Origin: Nitrososphaeraceae archaeon
Lineage (GTDB): Archaea; Thermoproteota; Nitrososphaeria; Nitrososphaerales; Nitrososphaeraceae
Length of the DNA stretch: 26,987 bases
Direction: 5' to 3'
Assembly (NCBI GenBank): GCA_044870765.1
Contig: JBIOZG010000045.1
Location: 1-26,987 of the forward strand
The notes below the pieces were generated by a model. That model worked only from the letters and a program-made list of their open reading frames with translations. It was not told where the DNA came from and ran no database searches. Below are positions 18,932-26,987 of the stretch, piece by piece. A program made the position numbers and the translations under genes. Position 1 is the first letter of the stretch. Each line of letters starts with the position of its first letter.

Positions 18932-20344
18932 TTGAGGTTGTTTGCTTTATTAATCGTGTCAATATTGCTAATTTTCTTCTCAGGCATGAATTTTAATATT
19001 GTTCATTCTCAGGTCCAATATCAAGTAAATTCAATATTTATTGGAATTTTATCAAATGGCGATTCAATTGTTCAATATGACCTTCGTTTGAAAACTAATG
19101 CTAGCGAGATCACGTTGCCATTAATGGGCGGAAATATCAATGAAATTTTGGTTAGAAACTATCTGTCGAAATACTTGGTATATTCGTTCAATTCTTCAAC
19201 CAATGAGATTAAGATAAACACACAAAATGAATCACAAGTAAGGGTTACATACCAAACTCCAGATCTTGTTAACAAGCAGGAAAGAGAATGGAGCTTCCTT
19301 ATAGATTCAGCTTTTCCATTTACAGTAAAATTACCAAATGATGCAGTAGTTACCAATTTGGGGGAGCAATCGCCATCATTAATTAGAAAACTGGGAGGAC
19401 AGAATTTGTTATCCTTCGATAAAGGTAAGATTTCTATAGATTATGTTATTGGGTATGCAGGAACTCGAGATCAAGCCATAATTTCCATTAATTCGGCAGA
19501 ACTAGATCTGACAAAGGCCGCAAGCGAACATAATGGAATTAATCTTGATGAAGTCAAGCGAATCATCCAAGCCGCAAAGATTGCGTTGAATCAAAGCAAT
19601 TTTATAGATGCAGAGCGACTAGCCAATAATGCTAGCGATATTTCTGCAGTAATTACGGAGTCATTTGAGACGTCCAAGGATATGATAAGTAACGCCACTG
19701 CTAAAATAGAAAATGTGCAGGGTACAAACATTGATACTGCCCAAGCATCAGAATTCTTATCAAAATCAAACATTGAATTTTCCCAGGGAAATTATCCCAA
19801 GGCTCTGCAATACGCGACTCTGGCTATTAACAGTTTGGACAATACAAAACAAGAAATATTATCGCTTAATACAAGTACTTTCTCACTTATTCTTTTGATT
19901 CCAATTGCAGCATCAGTTGGCATTTACATGTTTAAAAAGTACAGAAGAAAAAATAATTCGCAGTCACAGTCAAGTGCTACTATCAGAGAGACTCAGTTAA
20001 ATTCCGATTTATCACCCGACACTTTCAGCGAAAATAACTTTATTGAGCAAGAATCTTACACGAAGGAACATAAAAATAACGACAATTCTAATCAATCTTA
20101 TCTCCACAAGTTAATTGCCGATATTATCAGACAAAAAAGGAACTTGAAACTAGAAGAAAAGGAAATTTTGTTTTATCTTTCTGACAATGAAGGAGCAGCA
20201 TTTGAAGGAGAAATTAGGAATAGATTCATACTCCCAAAAACGAGTCTTTGGAGACTCATAAAACGTCTTGAGAGAGAAGACATGATTGAAGTAACAAAGA
20301 TAGGTGGACAGAATTTAATCAAACTCAAGTTTCCAAAATCATGA
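18932..20344 (+). CDS. Membrane-anchored protein with extracellular domains and C-terminal winged HTH (COG2512-like)
   Basis: Signal peptide, beta-rich region (VKLPNDAVV), helical repeats, TM (FSLILLIPIAASVGIYMF-KKYRRK), then EEKEILFYL...LPKTSLWRLIKRLEREDMIEVTKIGGQNLIKL. Confidence 0.88.
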   Translation: MRLFALLIVSILLIFFSGMNFNIVHSQVQYQVNSIFIGILSNGDSIVQYDLRLKTNASEITLPLMGGNINEILVRNYLSKYLVYSFNSSTNEIKINTQNESQVRVTYQTPDLVNKQEREWSFLIDSAFPFTVKLPNDAVVTNLGEQSPSLIRKLGGQNLLSFDKGKISIDYVIGYAGTRDQAIISINSAELDLTKAASEHNGINLDEVKRIIQAAKIALNQSNFIDAERLANNASDISAVITESFETSKDMISNATAKIENVQGTNIDTAQASEFLSKSNIEFSQGNYPKALQYATLAINSLDNTKQEILSLNTSTFSLILLIPIAASVGIYMFKKYRRKNNSQSQSSATIRETQLNSDLSPDTFSENNFIEQESYTKEHKNNDNSNQSYLHKLIADIIRQKRNLKLEEKEILFYLSDNEGAAFEGEIRNRFILPKTSLWRLIKRLEREDMIEVTKIGGQNLIKLKFPKS

Positions 20345-20401
20345 AAAGCCCGCATAAAAATATACAATTCCATCTGTCAGATTATTTCCAAAAATAATGT
20401 G

Positions 20402-21208
20402 TTAATATTTGAGAATTAGCTCAAATGCAATTTCCCAGCCCTTTGGACCTATTCCATTTACCTTTTGTAATTTTTCAATTTGTAAACTTTCCCAACTGCC
20501 ATCGGGTTTCTGAACAAGCATAGGTATATCAACTAAAGATAGCATGGGTTCATCATTTTTACTATCGCCAATTCCAATGAAAATAACATCATTTTCATAC
20601 TCTTTACGGTAAAAATCCATTAGAATTCTAACAGCTGTTCCCTTGTCATTACCATACGTAATATCAAAATATTGTGAACCAGGTATCATTTTTAATCCAG
20701 CTTTTTGTATAATATTTGCGAACTTGGTAATTTCGTCATTATCTAGTTGCACTATCGTCTCACTGTATTTTCTTTTCATCATTCTCTTCGCATAGTCTTG
20801 AGGCAACTTGGTGATATTTGAAAGTTCAAGTAAAGTTAGATCGTTCACTCCCTTGAAATTAATGTCGTGTTTGGCCCGAATTTGTTTTAGCAACGATCTA
20901 ATCTGATTTGCGGGTGCTCCAGTTTCAATTATATAATTTTGTCGCAATATCTTTGAAGTACCAATCGTAATTTTTTTAAAATAATCCGTGGGCACTATCG
21001 TAGCTCCCCCATTTTCTACTATAATCGGTTCATGAAGATCTAACTCTGATTTTATTTTATTCTGTTCCAATTCCGTTTTTGAGGAACAAAATATCAAATG
21101 CATTTTATTTTGTACAATCTTTTGTACTAGTTCTTTCATTCTATTAATATCTGGAAAATGAGAATCTAGTAATGTTCCATCAATGTCGGTAAAAATAATT
21201 TTTTGCAT
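20402..21208 (-). CDS. mpgP: Mannosyl-3-phosphoglycerate phosphatase-like HAD-IIB hydrolase
   Basis: IFTDIDGTLL, CSSKT, IVENGG, RKYSE, DKGTAV, GIGDSKNDEPML, GIGPKGW. Confidence 0.85.
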   Translation of the reverse strand: MQKIIFTDIDGTLLDSHFPDINRMKELVQKIVQNKMHLIFCSSKTELEQNKIKSELDLHEPIIVENGGATIVPTDYFKKITIGTSKILRQNYIIETGAPANQIRSLLKQIRAKHDINFKGVNDLTLLELSNITKLPQDYAKRMMKRKYSETIVQLDNDEITKFANIIQKAGLKMIPGSQYFDITYGNDKGTAVRILMDFYRKEYENDVIFIGIGDSKNDEPMLSLVDIPMLVQKPDGSWESLQIEKLQKVNGIGPKGWEIAFELILKY

Positions 21209-21397
21209 GCTACATATTACGCTTATAAATCCCCGTTTATAAATAGACTCAAGTCCATTATTATATTATTTAGAATACCTTCTGTAAGACATTCAGACCA
21301 TGTCAAATTTAGTATTAAACATATCATAGGTTTCTATCATCCACCCTAATCACCCAGACGGCATTTTCGCAGAATACGGTCCCTCAAATTTTCACGG

Positions 21398-22024
21398 CTA
21401 GGTTGCCACCGCTGTATTGAATTGACGCCATCTCATTATTCTATACACCACGATTAGTGCAAGTACTAGAAATGCAAATATCAAATCTCTATAGAATGCG
21501 ATAGCACCAAATGATTGAAAACCTGTCGCATATGTTTCAGTCAAATATAACAATGAAATTAAGATGGAAATAAAAAAAAAGTTTCTGGACATGTTCCTGT
21601 ATTTTATTAGCATGTTATCTTGATAGTCCCTAACGCCATACATGTCTTTTAGAGTAAATAGAAAATAGAGTAGAGGTGTTATGAACAAATAAATATCAGG
21701 GATCAAATATCCTTCATCTGTATTGCTACCGCCAACTATGATATAATAAAATAAGAATAGAATACCTAGATCGATTACAAACTTTCTATATACAAACCTC
21801 CCTTGGTGTTCAAATCGTTGTAATAGCGAATAAAATTCAATCCAACCTGTTATAATAACAAAATATCCGTAAAAGAGAATCGTAGCAAATAACAGATGTC
21901 CGGGTATTGAATAAAAGGGAATAAAAATGGTTTTTGATGAATCGATACTTAGTGCTATTACGATTGCATATGCTATAATAATTCCCAGTTTGAAGGATTC
22001 TGAAAGTTTTACACTTTTTTCCAA
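21398..22024 (-). CDS. Polytopic membrane protein of unknown function (about 6 TM)
   Basis: 208-aa ORF with six hydrophobic stretches. Confidence 0.8.
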   Translation of the reverse strand: MEKSVKLSESFKLGIIIAYAIVIALSIDSSKTIFIPFYSIPGHLLFATILFYGYFVIITGWIEFYSLLQRFEHQGRFVYRKFVIDLGILFLFYYIIVGGSNTDEGYLIPDIYLFITPLLYFLFTLKDMYGVRDYQDNMLIKYRNMSRNFFFISILISLLYLTETYATGFQSFGAIAFYRDLIFAFLVLALIVVYRIMRWRQFNTAVAT

Positions 22025-22146
22025 ATTAGAAAATCAGTTTCCCCTTACTGATAATTAAATATTGATAAAACTAGTATGCGCGAAAGCTGAATATAACGTA
22101 TCATCACCTGTTCCATTTCACAAAAGATAGATTTGATATCAATTGA

Positions 22147-22455
22147 CTAATCATTCTTGATTGACATTAAAATATTGGATTCGGAGATTTTCTGTAAAAC
22201 ATACTTACTTACGTCAATACCATTTTCATAATTTATAGTCTTACCAGTGTGAAGATAGCTGGTAATGATGAATTTCTCGAGTACTATGCACCATACAGCA
22301 CCTAGCATAAAGTCCCTTTTTTTGGTGATTCCAATTTTTTTGTTAAGATCATGGTTTTGATCTTTAAACATATTTTCTATTAAAGGAAGGCATGATATCA
22401 CATTTGTAATTATTTTGTCGAGCAGTATCTTGGTGAATTCATCTGGCGAGGCCAT
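22147..22455 (-). CDS. Hypothetical protein
   Basis: 102-aa ATG ORF with TATA-like AT tracts upstream; no recognisable motif. Confidence 0.72.
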   Translation of the reverse strand: MASPDEFTKILLDKIITNVISCLPLIENMFKDQNHDLNKKIGITKKRDFMLGAVWCIVLEKFIITSYLHTGKTINYENGIDVSKYVLQKISESNILMSIKND

Positions 22456-22594
22456 AATACACTAATTCTTTGATTTCCGTTTTAAGACTTACTATTTAAG
22501 CACTGTTAGTTCAAGATCGAACCATAGAAGATCCATTTATCAAGATTTTGAAATTAGATATAATATTATATTATTCCAAACTTCTAATGAAAGT

Positions 22595-23386
22595 ATGCAA
22601 AACACTAAGGGAAGGCTATACGTAGTCGGCGTTGGCCCTGGTCATCACGATCACATGACATTTCGAGCTAAACAAGTCATAAAAGAAAGTGAGATTATAG
22701 TTGGCTACGAGACCTATGTTTCATTAGTCGAAGATCTAATTCAGGATAAACAAGTCTACAGGTATCCGATGACTCAAGAGGTAGATAGAGCCAATCAAGC
22801 TATTGAATTTGCTGAGCAGGGTAAGATTGTATCTTTGGTTTCATCCGGCGATCCAGGAATATACGGAATGGTGGGGCTGATTTACGAAATTTTGGCAGAC
22901 AAGAAGTGGACTTTTAACGACGGAATTTACGTAGAGTGTGTCCCCGGTGTTTCTTCTTTAAACTCATGTTCGGCATTAATTGGTTCTCCTCTAATGACTG
23001 ATTTTGCAGTAGTCAGCATGAGTGATTTGCTAGTGCCTTGGGAAATTATCGTTAAAAGGGTCAAGGCCGCAGCATTGGGAGATTACGTAACCGTAATTTA
23101 TAATCCTGCGAGTAAAAAACGAATTCATCAACTAAAAGATACCAGAGACATTTTTCTTAATTATAGAAAACCAGATACACCTGTTGCCATAGTAAAGGGA
23201 GCATTTAGAGAGAGTCAGAAAATAGTTGTTACTACATTAGAGAAACTGCTTGACTATAATGATATGTTGGGCATGATTACAACAGTGATTATAGGTAACT
23301 CGTCAACCTTTAATTACAATGGACTTATGATAAATCCGAGAGGATATAAATCCAAATACGAACTAATACCAGAGACGAGCAAATAA
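22595..23386 (+). CDS. cobJ: Precorrin-3B C17-methyltransferase (cobalamin synthesis)
   Basis: LYVVGVGPG, IVGYETY, VSSGDPGIYGM, VPGVSS, DFAVVSMSDLLVPW, YNPASKKR, NPRGY. Confidence 0.94.
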   Translation: MQNTKGRLYVVGVGPGHHDHMTFRAKQVIKESEIIVGYETYVSLVEDLIQDKQVYRYPMTQEVDRANQAIEFAEQGKIVSLVSSGDPGIYGMVGLIYEILADKKWTFNDGIYVECVPGVSSLNSCSALIGSPLMTDFAVVSMSDLLVPWEIIVKRVKAAALGDYVTVIYNPASKKRIHQLKDTRDIFLNYRKPDTPVAIVKGAFRESQKIVVTTLEKLLDYNDMLGMITTVIIGNSSTFNYNGLMINPRGYKSKYELIPETSK

Positions 23387-23396
23387 TAAACCAGAT

Positions 23397-24452
23397 TTAA
23401 AAAGAGTTTATGACTGACCTCAATCCGGTATAAACTTCAGTTATGTAAAATGCTTTATCGATTTCATCGATCGAAAACCTGTGAGTAATCAATCTCTTTA
23501 AATCAATTTTTTTTTCGTGTACCAGATCCGTCGCCCTTTTCATTACTTTTGGAGTAGAACTAAAGCTCCCGCTCAAGCATATTTGATTATAATGAAGTAA
23601 ATTTGGATCAATTTCAAGAATTTTATTTTTGGGCATGCCCGCGAATAAATTCACAACTGAATTTTTTCCCGCAACTTTCAGGGCCAAATCCACAGCTTCA
23701 GGATTGCTTGTCGCCACGATAACTAATTTTCCACCCTTCCTTGAAGTATATTCCGATATTGTTTTTATTGTTTCATCAGCATGATTATTTAGTAGTACCA
23801 TATCTGCACCAATGGATTTTGCTTCCTTCAACCTTGAGGGTACTTTACCAATAACAATAGTATTTGCGTTGTAAAGTTTTGAAATTTGTAAGTGAATCAG
23901 ACCTATTGGACCATCTCCAATGATTACCACAAATTCGCCATGGGTTTGAATATTGAAATTAAAGTGTGCATTCAGACAGCAAGATAACGGTTCTATGAGT
24001 GACGCTTCGTCATCACTTATGTTATTTGCAATTGGAATGATACCATTTATAAGTATACTAGTTTGAGGAATATTTATATAATCTGCAAATCCACCGTTAA
24101 CACTTGATCCAATTTCGCTAAGGCTATTACACGAGTTAAAATGTCCGATACTACAATAATAACAATTTAAGCAGGGTATTAACGGTGAAACTATCACTCT
24201 TGTATTTTCGGGGATTATCTTCTCATCGGGTAACTTTAGAGTATTCAATGTTCTTGCACATATCTCATGGCCCAATACAATCGGGGGCCTCACTTTTCTA
24301 TGACCCTCGTTAAATACTCTAACGTCATATCCGCAAACAGCACATGATAGAGTCTTTAGTAATACTTTGGAATCATCAGATATAGGTAGATCCTTAATTT
24401 GAAAATTCTTGGGTCCATTAAAAACTGCTGCGCGATTCTTTTGGGGTAACAT
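23397..24452 (-). CDS. Zn-dependent medium-chain dehydrogenase (sorbitol/threonine dehydrogenase-like)
   Basis: CGYD, GHE, CLNCYYC...C structural Zn, GGFADY, IEPLSC, IIGDGPIG. Confidence 0.92.
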   Translation of the reverse strand: MLPQKNRAAVFNGPKNFQIKDLPISDDSKVLLKTLSCAVCGYDVRVFNEGHRKVRPPIVLGHEICARTLNTLKLPDEKIIPENTRVIVSPLIPCLNCYYCSIGHFNSCNSLSEIGSSVNGGFADYINIPQTSILINGIIPIANNISDDEASLIEPLSCCLNAHFNFNIQTHGEFVVIIGDGPIGLIHLQISKLYNANTIVIGKVPSRLKEAKSIGADMVLLNNHADETIKTISEYTSRKGGKLVIVATSNPEAVDLALKVAGKNSVVNLFAGMPKNKILEIDPNLLHYNQICLSGSFSSTPKVMKRATDLVHEKKIDLKRLITHRFSIDEIDKAFYITEVYTGLRSVINSF

Positions 24453-24535
24453 TTCTTAATTCATTGATTAGAAGAATCTTACAGTCTTACAATGCTGCCT
24501 TGATAGATGATAGCTATCCGAGATATCATTTAGCC

Positions 24536-24940
24536 TCACATTCCTTCCTTTAATTTCTCTCCGAACGAAATAAATTTTCCATGTTCTTCGATTCTAATAT
24601 TAGTATCAACACGTATGCGTAATCCAACAGACCGAAATATTGACAATAGTTCACCTCCGGATATGGGGCTATCGATTTCACCAGATTTAATTAAATCCGC
24701 TATTCTATTTATTATGATTCTTGTCTGAACTGGAAACTGTGATTCAGCTAGTTTTAAGACCTCGTCTCCTCTATCATACAAATATTTTAGTAAAACCTGC
24801 TTATCATCAATTTTTGACACTTCCGTTTTGGTTTTTGTTTCGTCTTCTTTCATTTTTTCAAATAATTTTGCTTTTTCTTTCAATTGTTTCATTTTTCTCG
24901 CTTTGATTATTTGGAGTTCTGGATCTTCTTCTTGGCTCAT
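24536..24940 (-). CDS. PDCD5-like double-stranded DNA-binding protein
   Basis: DPELQIIKARKMKQLK N-terminus, LIKSGEIDSPISGGELLSIF; ATGA overlap with rtcB. Confidence 0.75.
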   Translation of the reverse strand: MSQEEDPELQIIKARKMKQLKEKAKLFEKMKEDETKTKTEVSKIDDKQVLLKYLYDRGDEVLKLAESQFPVQTRIIINRIADLIKSGEIDSPISGGELLSIFRSVGLRIRVDTNIRIEEHGKFISFGEKLKEGM

Positions 24941-26409
24941 CCCTTAATCACCCCAATTGGAACTAAGCGTGCCACCTTTGTCGCAATTCCAAGAGAATGC
25001 GACACTTCAACAACTGAATCGACATCTTTGTATGCTTCAGGGGTTTCTTCGACCATTCCTTCCCTGCTTAGTGCCTTTATGTAAATTCCCTTTGACTCTA
25101 AATTTTTTCTTACGCTTTCAGTTGTGTAGTTTCTCCTAGCTGCAGATCTGGACATTGTTCTACCTGCACCATGTGCTGTAGATCCAAAACTTAACTCTAA
25201 TGATTTTGAATTCCCAAGTAGTATCCAGCTTGCAGTCCCCATTGAGCCTGGAATAAAAATTGGTTGACCAATGTCTCGATACTTGTCTGGAATATGGCTA
25301 TCCCCTGCCGGGAATGCTCTTGTGGCGCCCTTTCTATGTATTACCAAGTCTCTAGTTCCTTCACCGTCTACGGCATGCCTTTCAACTTTTGCTATGTTAT
25401 GTGAAACATCGTAAACTAGCTTCATGTCCAAGTCAGCTTCAGTCATTCTCATTACCTTTTGAAACGTATCTCTTGTCCAATGCGTAATAATTTGTCTATT
25501 TGACCACGCAAAATTAAGCGCAGAATACATTGCCTTTCTATAGCTCTCACCTTCTTTAGAGTTATTTGGAACGCATGCCAGTTCTCTATCAACAATTCTA
25601 ATACCAGAATCCCTAATTTTTTTTTCTGAAATTTTCAAATAATCACTGCAAACCTGGTGACCAAATCCCCTGGATCCACAGTGTATCAGAACAGTAACCT
25701 GATCTTGTTCTATTCCCATAGCTCTTGCTGCTCTATCATCAAAAATCTTGTCTACTTTTTGCACTTCTAGAAAATGATTCCCCGAACCAAGTGTGCCCAA
25801 TTGAAGCCCTCCTCTTTTCCTAGCATGTTCAGATACGCTTGTGGGATCCGCCCCTTTCATACAGCCATTTTCTTCACACACGTCAATGTCACAATCCCAT
25901 CCATAACCATTTTGAACAGTCCATTTCACCCCTTCAATAAGCACGTCGTCAAGTTCTGACCCGGTGACCTTTCTTGGACTGGAGCTACCAACTCCAGATG
26001 GAATGGCCTTAAATAATTCATTTACGAGATCCTTGAGCTTTGGACGGACTTCTTTTTCTCGTAAATTAGTCCGTATTAATCTGACTCCACAATTAATATC
26101 GTAGCCTACTCCTCCCGGGCTAATTACTCCTTCTTCTAGATCCATACCTGCTACTCCACCCACTGGAAAACCGTAGCCCTCATGGCCATCGGGCAATACC
26201 ACAACGTGTTTCACAACCCCTTTTAGCGTGGCTACATTAGCGGCCTGATCGATAGTTCTATCCAATGCCATTTTTGATATAAGACTATCATCTGCGTAAA
26301 TTGTAACCGGAACCATCATCCCTTTAGATTCATCCCTCTTAACGACATACCTGAAATCTCCCTCCTTTACTACTTCATGGTTTCCGACTCGTGTAATCAA
26401 ATTTCTCAT
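24937..26409 (-). CDS. rtcB: RNA-splicing ligase RtcB
   Basis: LPDGHEGYGFPVGG, VGYDINCG, GTLGSGNHFLE, HCGSRG, HRKGATRA, PGSMG, HGAGR, EETPEAYKD. Confidence 0.97.
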   Translation of the reverse strand: MRNLITRVGNHEVVKEGDFRYVVKRDESKGMMVPVTIYADDSLISKMALDRTIDQAANVATLKGVVKHVVVLPDGHEGYGFPVGGVAGMDLEEGVISPGGVGYDINCGVRLIRTNLREKEVRPKLKDLVNELFKAIPSGVGSSSPRKVTGSELDDVLIEGVKWTVQNGYGWDCDIDVCEENGCMKGADPTSVSEHARKRGGLQLGTLGSGNHFLEVQKVDKIFDDRAARAMGIEQDQVTVLIHCGSRGFGHQVCSDYLKISEKKIRDSGIRIVDRELACVPNNSKEGESYRKAMYSALNFAWSNRQIITHWTRDTFQKVMRMTEADLDMKLVYDVSHNIAKVERHAVDGEGTRDLVIHRKGATRAFPAGDSHIPDKYRDIGQPIFIPGSMGTASWILLGNSKSLELSFGSTAHGAGRTMSRSAARRNYTTESVRKNLESKGIYIKALSREGMVEETPEAYKDVDSVVEVSHSLGIATKVARLVPIGVIKG

Positions 26410-26585
26410 TAATCTGAGAATTTTAAATGTACAGTCATTATATTCTTTTCAATTCTCCTATCCTCAAAGTTTGATTCGGATTAAAACTGTGATTTTTGGC
26501 TTCGTTTATCCTATAGTTTATGCGTTAAAAATATGTGCATAATTAATGCTACTGAATTATCGATGCAATTATTACTTCTTGAATT

Positions 26586-26614
26586 TTGTTTTTTAAAAAA
26601 AGAGAAAAAGAGAG
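26586..26614 (-). terminator. Pyrimidine/oligo-T terminator tract
   Basis: The minus strand reads TCTCTTTTTCTCTTTTTTT a few nt after TAG at 26623. Confidence 0.5.
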
Positions 26615-26747
26615 ATAGTTGACTAGTTACCCCTGTTGGAATTTCCAGCCATGTCTCCAGTCATGTTGTTGGTCATATTGCCTGCCATCATTGTTCCGTT
26701 ACCAGTTGCGTTACCGCTACTGGCGCTGGTATTGAGCCTTTGCTGCT

Positions 26748-26987
26748 TTAACCCTCAGATTCTGATCCGGTTTGTGTGTCTTCTTCTGATCCGGTTTGGT
26801 TGTCTTCTTCTGATCCGGTTTGTGTGTCTTCAGATGTAGCTGCAGCTGCTGCGCTATCTCCTGCTCCTTCTTCACAGACTACAGATTCACTGCCTGCTGG
26901 TGCTACACATGTTCCTGTTGGATGATCAGTTGCTGTCGAGTTTTCCATTGCTACTACTGCAAATGCACCACCTTTTACGACATCTGC
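26748..26987 (-). CDS. 3' part of an acidic low-complexity, probably secreted protein (5' end outside window); may be truncated by a frameshift
   Basis: Frame is open from the window edge (ADVVKGGAFAVVAMENSTATDHPTGTCV...VVCEEG...EDTQTGSE repeats) to TAA 26748. Coding-like sequence continues in another frame to 26623. Confidence 0.75.
   Translation of the reverse strand, partial: ADVVKGGAFAVVAMENSTATDHPTGTCVAPAGSESVVCEEGAGDSAAAAATSEDTQTGSEEDNQTGSEEDTQTGSESEG
26760..26831. repeat. 24-bp coding tandem repeat, 3 copies
   Basis: TTCTGATCCGGTTTGTGTGTCTTC at 26760, 26784 (variant) and 26808; encodes ED(T/N)QTGSE. Confidence 0.95.

Noticed and set aside
24509-24518. Palindrome GATAGCTATC upstream of the dehydrogenase
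   Set aside because: A single 10-bp palindrome is expected by chance.
24937-26409. Intein in RtcB (also checked top1B)
   Set aside because: Normal lengths and contiguous motifs, with no splice-junction signature.
26636-26839. Plus-strand hydrophobic ORF with IRFVCLLL repeats
   Set aside because: Antisense reading of the minus-strand low-complexity repeat gene.

Overview
AT-rich archaeal chromosomal DNA, most likely from an ammonia-oxidising archaeon (Nitrososphaerota, probably soil Nitrososphaeraceae). The assignment rests on a eukaryote-type topoisomerase IB, an ADP-forming 3-hydroxypropionyl-CoA synthetase, archaeal PheRS/TrpRS/CoaD/RtcB, small wHTH genes and many TTG/GTG starts. Most of the window is housekeeping: pheST, trpS, coaD, ferredoxin, a MenG/UbiE-like methyltransferase, erpA, gdhA, tatA, TOPRIM, sufS-sufU, top1B, mpgP, cobJ, a Zn-dehydrogenase and rtcB with a PDCD5-like gene. 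Both edges cut repeat-bearing, probably secreted proteins. I saw no rRNA, tRNA, CRISPR array or transposase, and no clearly new multi-gene system. The best leads are five. (1) A 7Fe ferredoxin that has lost the classic Zn ligands but carries an N-terminal C2HC finger. (2) A PAP2 protein lacking its catalytic His/Arg. (3) A repeat- and hairpin-rich noncoding block at about 745-1340. (4) An apparently frameshifted glycoprotein tail at the right edge. (5) A membrane-tethered wHTH regulator. Family calls come from motif recognition, not database searches.
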